DNA of 43,930 bases, taken from assembly GCF_001194135.2 (NCBI RefSeq), contig NC_068989.1:91455337-91499266 (forward strand), read 5' to 3'. Of the stretch, positions 34,336 through 43,930 are shown piece after piece; within the stretch, counting starts at the first letter, position 1; the number at the start of each line of letters is the position of its first letter. The notes beneath the pieces are model-generated. The model had not been told where the DNA came from, searched no databases, and worked only from the letters and a program-made list of their open reading frames with translations. The DNA comes from Octopus bimaculoides (lineage: Eukaryota). Made by a program: the position numbers and the translations under genes.

Positions 34336-34542
34336 AGAACTACTGTGTTTCACACGGTCAATTAATTTTCTTAAATTCCCAATGATGAGAAGTGAGTTTT
34401 GTTTATGCTTTAAAGGAATTGTGTAAGTAACTATGCCTAAATTGTGCGTATGACAATGGATAAGCGTTAATGAATTCCTATCTATTGTCAGTTAACGTAA
34501 TTACATTGTGTTTGAAGATAACCTTATGTATGAGGCATTTAC

Positions 34543-34636
34543 CTTCAGGGAGACATTGAATGTCTGTTCTTCTATTACAGAGGGGTGAATTACATGCAGA
34601 GAATCCTAGAGGCATTACTAAACCTGCATTTTCCTC
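34543..34636 (-). CDS. Candidate exon ending in phase 1 (alternative acceptor at 34605; in-frame ATG at 34615)
   Basis: GAAG|GTAAAT donor; open frame EENAGLVMPLGFSACNSPLCNRRTDIQCLPE; joins in frame to 31845-31955. Confidence 0.35.
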
Positions 34637-34699
34637 CTGCTACTTAGTTTAATTTGACCTCATATTGTATGGTTTTAGTACTAAGTACTATTCCTTTAT

Positions 34700-34875
34700 T
34701 CTTTTATTTGTTTCAGTCATTTGACTGAGGCCATGCTGGAGCACCAGCTTCAGTCGAACAAATCAACCCCAGGACTTATTCTTTGTAAGCCTAGTACTTA
34801 TTCTATAGGTCTCTTTTGCAGAACTGCTATATTACGGGGACATAAACACACCAACTTCGTTTGTCAAGCGATGTT
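34700..34875 (-). mobile_element. SINE family A 3' half
   Basis: TTGTTTCAGTCATTTGACTGAGGCCATGCTGGAGCACC...GTCAAGCGATGTT. Confidence 0.88.
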
Positions 34876-34879
34876 AGGG

Positions 34880-35325
34880 GGGGGGTCGATAAATTAAGAA
34901 CTAGTTGCGTACTGGGATCGATCTAATCGACTGGCCCCCTCCCCAAAAATTTCGGGCCTAGTACCTCGAGTAGAAAAGAATATAATTGCTGCAAATTTTG
35001 AGAATGGGCCAGCAATTTCGGAGGTAGGAATAAGTCGATTACGTCAACCTTAGTGCTCTACTGATATTTATTATATCGACAGCGAAAGGATGAAAGGCGA
35101 AGACGGATAAAATGCAGCAAACCATTTTGCCTAACGTGCGAACGATTTTTCCAGCTCATCGCCTTAATGTACCACATTGCGTTATTACAGTTTAAGGCGG
35201 CCATCAGGCGCGATCTTAAGTACGCTGGACAAAATGCTTAACTACAATGTTACGTTCTGAGTTCAAATTCGATGCAATCAATTTACTCCCTCCCGTGAAG
35301 TTGCTGACCTTTTTGCTAAAATTTG
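34880..35325. mobile_element. Cluster of three SINE family B fragments (34880-34983 +, 35010-35166 -, 35194-35325 +)
   Basis: Family B motifs (GGGGTCGATAAA, GAAAGGATGAAAGGC, CTGAGTTCAAATTC). Confidence 0.72.
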
Positions 35326-35395
35326 AAGGCAGTATCATATGGTATATATTTGACTGTGTTCAGCGATTTGTGTATTTACACCAGGATGTATATAA

Positions 35396-35429
<34 letters not shown>

Positions 35430-35446
35430 ATATACGGTTATGCATA

Positions 35447-36334
35447 CGAGGGCGTACCCAAAATAAACCGGAATTTTGCAATATTATTTTATTCACTCAG
35501 GTTTACACGTTTACACTTTTATCGCCTTCAAAGTATTCTCCATTTGAAGCAACGCATCGGTCCAGATGCGTTTTCCTCTCTTCGAAGCAGTCCTGGAACT
35601 CTTGCGAAGTGATGCCTTTTAACGTCTCCATTGTATTTTTTCTTCACCTCTTCCACATCTACAAATTCTGTAGTTCAAATTCTGTAGTACCATATTTCGT
35701 CACCAGTGATTACTTTCGAAAAAAAGTCCGGATTAATTTTCAACTATTCTTCTAGTTCACATGCATTCAGTCGTGACTGTTTTTGATCTTCCGTTAGCAA
35801 GCGAAGCACAAATTTTGCCGCGACTCTTTTCATTTGCAATTCCTTGCTTGAAATTCGTTGGCAGAAACTCAAGAACACACCTGTCATACAAACACGTTCG
35901 TCAATTTTCGGTGTCGCGCTCACCTAAGATCAGTTTATGAATTTTTATCATGTTTTCATTCTTTCGGGAAATCAACGGTCGTCTTGAACGAGCTTGGTTT
36001 TCAAACGACAAGAGATCAAACCTAAAGCGTAGAAACCGTTCTTAAAGTTGTGTTTGACTCATGGCAGCGTCCTTGTAAGTCGTTTCAAGCATGAAAACTG
36101 CTTCGGCCACCGTTTCTCTCAGCGGAAAACAAAATTTCACGGAAACACGCCGTTCCTTCGTTTCAGCCAATGCAAAATTCGACGCACCACGTGAAGGTAT
36201 GACCACACTCGATGATGCCGGTCAGCAGAATGAAGCCTTAGAGTTGCATCAAGTGGCTCCTAGCAGCGGAAAAAAGAACTAGAACGGGGTTGTCCCACAG
36301 ATAACATTTCCGGTTACTTTTGGGTACCCCCTCG
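35447..36334 (-). mobile_element. Mariner element, internally deleted, both TIRs and TA target duplications present
   Basis: TA-CGAGGGCGTACCCAAAATAAACCGGAA ... TTCCGGTTACTTTTGGGTACCCCCTCG-TA (about 27 bp, 3 mismatches). Minus remnants MLETTYKDAAMSQTQL*ERFLRFR...SRRPLISR and ETLKGITSQEFQDCFEERKTHLDRCVASNGEYFEGDK. Confidence 0.93.
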
Positions 36335-36618
36335 TACGTGCGTACATATTGCGTGCATATATGTGCATAACTGTCTGTGAATGTATATGCTGACTATATT
36401 GTCCGCGAATAATAAATGTCAACTTGTAATTATAAGTAAATATTCAGCTGTGGACATACCCCGCTACGATCTTTGACATATGATAGAAACAAATACACGT
36501 CTCTCCATTTTTATAGCCACAATAGAGATATATGTACTTACCTATCTACTCGATCAGCAACATTCTCTTCCCTCCCTTTCAGTATTTAAGATCATATATG
36601 GACACAGTAGATATGGTC

Positions 36619-36632
36619 GTTGCCACGGCAAC
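36619..36632. promoter_or_regulatory. RFX X-box-like palindrome GTTGCCACGGCAAC
   Basis: Differs from the canonical GTTGCCATGGCAAC at one central base; lies in a locally CpG-retaining stretch. Confidence 0.55.
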
Positions 36633-36769
36633 ACTGTCCGGTGTCGATTATAAATCTTAGCGGTTATTTACAAGTGTTATTCAATATCTGACCATTTGAG
36701 AATGTAATCTACATATAAAGTTTTCGATAAATAAGGGACATTATGATTACGCGCGTAAGTGACGTAACT

Positions 36770-37005
36770 AAATAATTTATGAACAAACCCTCATGTTCTA
36801 TTATATGATTGACCGTTGACTGAACACTATTCAATTTTTTTTCCCCGTGTTTTTCTCCTTGTCTCCGTATTTTTTCTGTTGAAGAGCGTAGCTCGAAACG
36901 TCAAAGACTTTCCGTATTCCCGAGCGTCATACTAATATATACTTTTGTTATTTACACCACCTGTCCTCGTCTGTTGTTATTATTTGTATATTCTCCCATA
37001 TATAT
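36770..37005 (+). mobile_element. Penelope-type terminal fragment with a minimal hammerhead-like motif
   Basis: TTGAAGAGCGTAGCTCGAAACGTC at 36879-36902 (palindromic ACGT stem III), followed by an AT-rich tail into (TA)/(GATA)n. Confidence 0.5.
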
Positions 37006-37013
37006 ATAATTAT

Positions 37014-37067
<54 letters not shown>

Positions 37068-37269
37068 CCTATGTCGATAACCTGCTGAAAAAGATGTTTT
37101 CCTGGGGTTAAAAAGTAATAATGTAGACCTACACTGCACTGCCACTTTATGTTGGCAAATAAACTTTACGGTACTATTACTACATAGATCTCATTCAGAG
37201 ATTTAAAACTGTCTGTCGCTTCTGTATTTATATACTGTGAGTAGGGTCAAGTGACTGCTATCAACAGTT

Positions 37270-37640
37270 GTCCAGAACTGGTACTGTTAACAGCTAGAAA
37301 GAAGTAGCAAGATCTCTTGCTCACAGTATACCTCGGACACAGATCATGTCGATAATCATAGATGCAAATATCGTGAGCCACTAAGGGACATTTCAGGTTT
37401 TGCGCCGTTGGTAGAAAGAATTATTGTGTTTATTGAAAGGTGGTTTAAAGTGGCAACAATGGCAAGAGTGGATGGTACCTCTAAGTGTAGACCTGTGAGT
37501 CGGAGAGAAGGAATTGAAGAGGGCACTTGCTCCCGGAGTTTCAAGGAAATCTCGAAGAGTGGGGTGCTTCGATTATTCCTAGAGGCCTTCCTGAATCAGG
37601 AGGGCTACATCTCTATCATTCGCCCCACCCGTTGTTTTTA
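37270..37640 (-). mobile_element. Degraded LINE 3' region (CR1/L2-like?)
   Basis: Minus: VPSSIPSLRLT...H...NSFYQR..KT*NVP loosely resembles the SFFPRT..LWN.LP terminus; heavily decayed. Confidence 0.4.
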
Positions 37641-37785
37641 AACTTTTGTATGCTATCCCTTCTTTTTCAATGTATACCGTGTATACTTACTTTTATGTTA
37701 TCATTTCATTATATGTAAACCCCCACACTCAGTCTCTGTCTTTGTATTGTCCCCCTCATCATTCACCCTTGTGTCAAATAAATGA

Positions 37786-37891
<106 letters not shown>

Positions 37892-38138
37892 GCCTTTGCA
37901 CAGCTTCTAACGCTGGAGATGTACCGCGGTGTCAGCTGTTCACTACCAGTGAACTAAGGCAACACCTCTTATTTTTCGAGCACCTTCCGCAGTATTCGAG
38001 CAGTTGCAAGCCTAATTGTTGCATGTACTCCTCGAGATTTTTACTCACTGTTCCCAGGGCTCTGTTACTTCTACTACCTTTTTCATCGACCTCAACTGCT
38101 TTAACTCTCAAGCTAACCTGTCATACCTATCGACTTTT
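37892..38138 (-). mobile_element. 5'-truncated R4/Dong-type LINE (different 3' UTR family) embedded in (TAA)n
   Basis: Minus: KVDRYDRLA*ELKQLRSMKKVVEV...ALGTVSKNLEEYMQQLG.LATARILRKVLEK* (stop 37969-37971), about 77-nt UTR; ATT tracts on both sides (37837-37891, 38141-38187). Confidence 0.88.
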
Positions 38139-38141
38139 CAT

Positions 38142-38172
<31 letters not shown>

Positions 38173-38914
38173 TGTTATTATTATTATTACAGACCAGTTG
38201 TCGCAGTACAGTTTGTATATTCCAAATTACTGAATTAAACGTCTTCAAGTAGTTTCACGAGTTAATATGTCTAAGTATTTAATAGAAGACAGGAATTTGA
38301 TGTTGCAATTTATTTCTTGTTCGCAATTTGCAGCTGGATTAATATATAGCCAATTTTTACGTTGTCTGGATTAAAAGCAATATATTTTTCGTCTTTATAA
38401 CTGCGTATTTGAATCTTGTAGTTAGTGGTAGGTTCAGTGTGAAGATGGCTAGACATACTGAAATAAACGTGACATACGCCAAGTCAGATATTACATCTAC
38501 TTTACTTTATCACGTTTATAATTAGGGTTCACTGAATACCTCCCCATTAATTACTACATGAAAGTATTCTAAGTTGGCTGTGTCTGCACACGAATACACG
38601 GAACAATGATAAAGGTTTTTTGAAGAATTATTAAAAAAAAAAAATAGAAAGAGCATGGAAGAGGCACACTTCATCCAAACCACAACAAGTGCGGTTGAAT
38701 ATAATTATAATCGAAGGCGGAGCATAACTAAAACTATTTTGACATGGAAAACATCAACATGTGGCGTCAATAAATACATAGGTCTTACGACGATTCTTTG
38801 GAATATTCATTAAATAAACTGAATTATAGATGCAAATAACCTAAATAAATGACTATGACATGCTTCATTTCAAAGTTAAAATGAATTTAAAACTGATGAA
38901 ATAAATGTTGACTT

Positions 38915-39235
38915 TAAATGCTTCGCTCCTTATGGAACATAGGCCATCAACGGCTTTTCTCCACTGTTCGCAACTCGGGGTTGTTTTTCCGGTTTCTCTC
39001 CAGTTTGGATCCTTGTATTATTTTCCAAATTTCCTGAAGATCCCATATCATGTTTCCCTAAGAAAATGCTTTTCTCTCCCTGGGCTTGTTTGGCTTGAAT
39101 TTTCTTTCTCTAGTGAGGGCCACTGGACCTACGCAAATGCTTCTTTTACCTCGGCAAAGAGTTGTTCTATAATTGTCTCGCTTCTATCCGTTGATCTCTC
39201 CAACATGGGAGGCTCGACCAATAACTTGTGCAATT
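38915..39235 (-). mobile_element. RTE-like LINE 3' end remnant
   Basis: Minus ...EQWRKAVDGLCSIRSE resembles the W(R/K)..V..LC...S terminus of RTE ORFs. Confidence 0.5.
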
Positions 39236-39242
39236 CAGTATT

Positions 39243-39440
39243 AAAAGCACACCGAACAAAATGCTTAATGACATTTCGTCTGTTTTACTTTCTGAGTTCA
39301 AATACTTCCCAAGTCGACCTTGCCTTTCACCCTTTCAGGATAGGCAAAACTACTACCAGTTGAACACTGGTGGTCGATGGAATCGACTTGGCCCTTTCCC
39401 CAAACATTCTCGCTTTGTGCCAAGATTTGAAACCAGTATT
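39243..39440 (+). mobile_element. SINE family B
   Basis: AAAATGCTTAATGACATTTCGTC...CTGAGTTCAAAT...GTCGACCTTGCCTTTCACCCTTTC...TACCAGTTGAACACTGG. Confidence 0.85.
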
Positions 39441-39849
39441 AAAATCAGGGAAAATATATTATAAAATAACATTTTGTCTGAGATTTTTATATTTTGTTTG
39501 AGGATTTAATGAACTAATGAGAAAAATATTTCCATTATGATGCTTATATCGGAAGAAGAAAAAAGATGCATTAAAAAATTTGGTTGTTCAAGTGGCAAGA
39601 TAAAGTGGTTAGAAATGCTTAAGATAGGAGACTTTACCCGAAATCTAAAGAATAAACTCAACTAAATTCACTCAAGAACCGGGTGGTGGAGTTGAACTCC
39701 GAACAGAAAGATCCGCAAAACATTTCGTTTGATGTTCGAGCAATTTTGCCAATTCTTACCATGGAGTAAAGATTATTCTATCGGAGTTGAATTGGGGAAA
39801 TGAATACGTTGAACGTGGTAGCATTTGAAATGAAAAAAACGTAATAAAT

Positions 39850-40440
39850 CTAAGTTTCAAATTTTGGCACAAAGCCAGATTACACTGATCCCAGTGCTTA
39901 TTCTTTTATTCGTTTCAGTCATTTGACTGCGGTCAGGCTGGAGCACTGCATTTCGTCGAGCAAATCGACCCCAGGACTTATTCTTTCTAAGCCTAGTACT
40001 TATTCTATCAGTCACTTTTGCTGAACCGTTAAGTTACGGGGACATAAACACACCAGCATCGGTTGTCAAGCGATGTTGCAGCGGGGAGGGGGGACAAAAC
40101 AAAGACACACAAAGACACATACACACGCACACACACACATATATATAAATGTACCATAGGATTCTTTCAGTTTCGGTCTACCAAATCCACTCACAAGGCT
40201 TTGGTCGGCCCGAGGCTATACTAGAAGACACTTCCCCAAGGTGCCACGCAATGGGACTGAACCCGGAACCATGTGGCTGGTAAGCAAGCTACTTACCACA
40301 CAGCCACTTCTACGCCTAGCTGGTATTTATTTTATCAATCCAGTTTGGATAAAAGGCAAAATAGGACCACGGTGGAATTTGAGCATAAAGATAGACCAAA
40401 ATGCCACTAAGCATTTTGCTCGGCATGCAGACGATTCTAA
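39850..40440 (-). mobile_element. SINE family B copy split by a SINE A insertion (pieces 39850-39897 and 40318-40440)
   Basis: ...GATCCCAGTGCT | AGCTGGTATTTATTTTATC... rejoin into the family B CCCAGTGCTCAACTGGTACTTATT motif. Confidence 0.7.
39898..40317 (-). mobile_element. SINE family A, full length, low divergence
   Basis: Near-identical to 26660-27111 including head ...CACACAGCCACTTCTACGCCT. Confidence 0.93.
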
Positions 40441-40779
40441 GAGCTGGAATAGATATCACATTCTAAATTGTATTTACCCTGTAACTTGTTACCAATCTCG
40501 TCTTCATGACTGTTCAAGGTAAGGAATGAAATGCTCTAAAGAAGATGGGCTTCTCGATCACGTGTCATATGGTTAGGTTCCAGTATCCAAAAAGAAAAAA
40601 ACAAACACACAAAAAGACCACAAGCGGTGTAGAAAAACCTCTGGGTAACACAAGCCCTTCAGACAGTTTACTGTTTTTAGGTAGTCACAAAATCAGAAGT
40701 CATCTATTAGATACCAATCCTGTTCTTGAATGGTGGTGGACGCGGCGATGGTTGAATATTCGCCGCCCGACCCACTGGA

Positions 40780-41080
40780 CACCTACCTATGTTATTAGGA
40801 TCACTCAGTAACAAAACAGGAAAATAGTCTCTGATCTGTAGAAACGTGAGAAACTTGATCCTCAGATGCGCTGCTTCGTAATGCAATAACATATACGATC
40901 TTTAATTCTCCAAAGGACGTGTAAAAAGCTGTAGGGACAAGCAAGTCTAAACAACAGCCACAGTAGCAGCGGTAACATCCACAGAACAACATGGCAAATC
41001 TATTGACAGTTGTCATATCTGACAATAGAACGAGAGGGGACAATAAATATCGCGTGTCCGGTTCCACTGCTTACAACAAA
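40780..41080 (+). mobile_element. Degraded APE endonuclease region of an RTE-like LINE
   Basis: Frameshifted pieces GSLSNKTG...KREKLD...YTIFNSPK...VAAVTSTEQHGK..LTVVI follow the APE N-terminal layout. Confidence 0.4.
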
Positions 41081-41309
41081 ATATCTCATCTCAGATTCTG
41101 AAAATTGAGATTTAAAGTGACTCTTTCAATTCGTCTTCAAATATATTTACATTTATTTGTCTTCCATTCGATATTTCTCAACATTCACTTGTCCAAACAC
41201 ATTTCCTTTGTCTCCTTCTCTGTCTCTCTCACTCCCTGTCTCTCATTCCTTTTCTCAATCATTCTTTCTGTCTCTCTCTCATACACTCTTTGTGTCTCTA
41301 CTACCATCA

Positions 41310-41373
<64 letters not shown>

Positions 41374-41724
41374 NNNNNNNNNNNNNNNNNNNNNNNNNNN
41401 NNNNNNNNNNNNNNNNNNNNNNNNNNNNNNNNNNNNNNNNNNNNNNNNNNNNNNNNNNNNNNNNNNNNNNNNNNNNNNNNNNNNNNNNNNNNNNNNNNNN
41501 NNNNNNNNNNNNNNNNNNNNNNNNNNNNNNNNNNNNNNNNNNNNNNNNNNNNNNNNNNNNNNNNNNNNNNNNNNNNNNNNNNNNNNNNNNNNNNNNNNNN
41601 NNNNNNNNNNNNNNNNNNNNNNNNNNNNNNNNNNNNNNNNNNNNNNNNNNNNNNNNNNNNNNNNNNNNNNNNNNNNNNNNNNNNNNNNNNNNNNNNNNNN
41701 NNNNNNNNNNNNNNNNNNNNNNNN

Positions 41725-42130
41725 TTCCCAACCACATGGACCCTGGTTCAGTCCTACTGCGTGGCACTTTGGACTATAGCCTTGGACCGACAAAAGCCTT
41801 GCGAGTGGATTTGGTAGACGGAAACTGAAAGAAGCCCGTCGTATGTTTATATATATGTGTGTGTGTGTCTGTGTGTGTGTGTGTGTGTCTGTGTGTGTGT
41901 GCGTGCGTTTGTGTGTCTGTGTTTGTCCCCCCACCATTTGACAAGCGATGCTGGTTTGTTCACGTCCCTGTAACTTAGAGGTTCGGCAAAAGAGGCTGAT
42001 AAACTAAGTTCTAAGCTTACAAAGAATAAGTCCTGAGGTCGATGCGTTCGAATAAAGGCGGTGGTCCAGCATTGCCGCAGTCAAAATGACTGAAACAAAT
42101 AAAAGAATAAAAGAATAAAAGAATAAACGA
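41725..42130 (+). mobile_element. SINE family A, head lost in gap, (TAAAAGAA)n tail
   Basis: CCAACCACATGGACCCTGGTTCAGTCC...GAAAGAAGCCCGTCG...AAAGGCGGTGGTCCAGCA...AATAAAAGAATAAAAGAATAAAAGAAT. Confidence 0.9.
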
Positions 42131-42519
42131 ACATACATACATCAAAGGGTGCAGATGTGTGGGTGAGACAAAGTTTGAGACGGTGTATATATGCGTGTGT
42201 TTCTATTTGTGTGGATGTGAGTGCGAATGTAGGGCCCCTTACAGCATTGATGGAAACAGCTAAAGGAGTGTGTAGAAACGTGTGGTTGAAATTATGATAC
42301 AAAGCGACATGAAATTGTGTCTTATGGATCTGCGATTACTCCTCATTCCTACTCGGAGCAACAAAAGAGGGAAACAACAGTAAGTATGTATGTATGTATG
42401 TATGTATGTATGTTTGTACGTATCACTCACACACAAACTTGTATATAAATAGAATCATATATATTAAAAGAATTCAAGGTGCTTCCCGAGAAAGAGGCTC
42501 TTGAAGACCGGTTTCCAGG

Positions 42520-42680
42520 ATTCTGTGGCGGAGGCAATTCGCTCGGGACGTTACGCCGTCGCAGGATTCTTCGTTTTTAGCAACCGTGTTAACTGGAGCA
42601 TTATAGAATGGCGTCATTGCTCAAAAGTAAAACACATCGCTCGGTCCAGGAATCGAAAAAACGATTTTGCAGTCAACTTT
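42520..42680 (-). mobile_element. Possible third SINE family fragment
   Basis: TTGCTCAAAAGTAAAACACATCGCTCGGTCCAGGAATCGAA resembles the reverse complement of a tRNA-derived head (B-box TTCGATTCC). Confidence 0.4.
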
Positions 42681-42723
42681 GCAGAGCTATATATATGTGT
42701 GTGTGTATAGAAACACACACGCA

Positions 42724-42774
<51 letters not shown>

Positions 42775-42775
42775 A

Positions 42776-42908
42776 TAGGAGTGATTGTGTGTTAAAAAGC
42801 TTGCTTCCCAACCATATGGTTCACACTGCTCGGCAAGTGTCTTCCGTAGCCTCGTGCCGACCAAAGCGTTGTGAGTGGATTTGGTAGACGGAAACTAGGA
42901 GAAGCCCG

Positions 42909-42910
<2 letters not shown>
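42776..42910 (+). mobile_element. SINE family A 5' half, followed by (TA)n and gap
   Basis: GCTTGCTTCCCAACCATATGGTTC...GGCAAGTGTCTT...GTGAGTGGATTTGGTAGACGGAAACT...GAAGCCCGTC. Confidence 0.85.
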
Positions 42911-42945
<35 letters not shown>

Positions 42946-43528
42946 NNNNNNNNNNNNNNNNNNNNNNNNNNNNNNNNNNNNNNNNNNNNNNNNNNNNNNN
43001 NNNNNNNNNNNNNNNNNNNNNNNNNNNNNNNNNNNNNNNNNNNNNNNNNNNNNNNNNNNNNNNNNNNNNNNNNNNNNNNNNNNNNNNNNNNNNNNNNNNN
43101 NNNNNNNNNNNNNNNNNNNNNNNNNNNNNNNNNNNNNNNNNNNNNNNNNNNNNNNNNNNNNNNNNNNNNNNNNNNNNNNNNNNNNNNNNNNNNNNNNNNN
43201 NNNNNNNNNNNNNNNNNNNNNNNNNNNNNNNNNNNNNNNNNNNNNNNNNNNNNNNNNNNNNNNNNNNNNNNNNNNNNNNNNNNNNNNNNNNNNNNNNNNN
43301 NNNNNNNNNNNNNNNNNNNNNNNNNNNNNNNNNNNNNNNNNNNNNNNNNNNNNNNNNNNNNNNNNNNNNNNNNNNNNNNNNNNNNNNNNNNNNNNNNNNN
43401 NNNNNNNNNNNNNNNNNNNNNNNNNNNNNNNNNNNNNNNNNNNNNNNNNNNNATGTATATATATATATATATATATACATCTATATATATATATATATAC
43501 ATCTATATATATTTATGTATATATATAT

Positions 43529-43601
<73 letters not shown>

Positions 43602-43930
43602 TGATACATTTGCCTATATATATGTGTGTGTGTGTGTGCATGTGTGTCTTATACATACATAATTCATTTATATATATTATGCATATATGTATACGTATAT
43701 TCTCTACGCGTGTGTGAAGATATTTTAAATTTGTAGATAAGTTCGTGTATGTGTCTGTTAAAATGTAATATAATGCACGACACAATATGCTACCAGCGAA
43801 GCAACATAATAGATGTTTGTATATTTGAGTTGCAGTGAAATTATAACGTATAGGAGAATGCTTTTGTAAATGGTGTCATGCACACCCATACGGATATTTA
43901 AAGATATACATACATACATACATATATATA

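Noticed and set aside
38915-42130. Possible SINE-LINE partner 3' homology between the SINE A tail and LINE ends in the window
   Set aside because: No visible match between the SINE A 3' end and the Dong-type or RTE-like 3' ends present here.

Overview
Animal genomic DNA from a gapped draft scaffold (13 N-runs, about 5 kb in total). The SINE families and extreme microsatellite load look like Octopus or another coleoid cephalopod; this is recognition from memory, not a database match. The window is AT-rich and dominated by simple repeats and decayed mobile elements: two tRNA-derived SINE families (over 20 copies or fragments), R4/Dong-type non-LTR retrotransposon fragments sitting in (TAA)n tracts, Penelope-like (GIY-YIG) fragments with hammerhead-ribozyme-like motifs, mariner/Tc1 derivatives, and RTE-, L1/Tx1- and possibly CR1/L2-like scraps. 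No complete gene, rRNA, tRNA or CRISPR array can be supported. Nearly all long ORFs in the track are microsatellite or N-gap artefacts. The best non-routine signals are: (1) a head-to-head inverted pair of hammerhead-containing ~160 bp arms at 5123-5508; (2) a TIR-less transposase patch inside a Penelope endonuclease; (3) a fold-back mariner made of two left ends carrying RFX X-box-like motifs; (4) a palindromic X-box at 36619-36632 upstream of a phase-compatible chain of three candidate minus-strand exons encoding an unrecognised protein. All gene-model calls are tentative.
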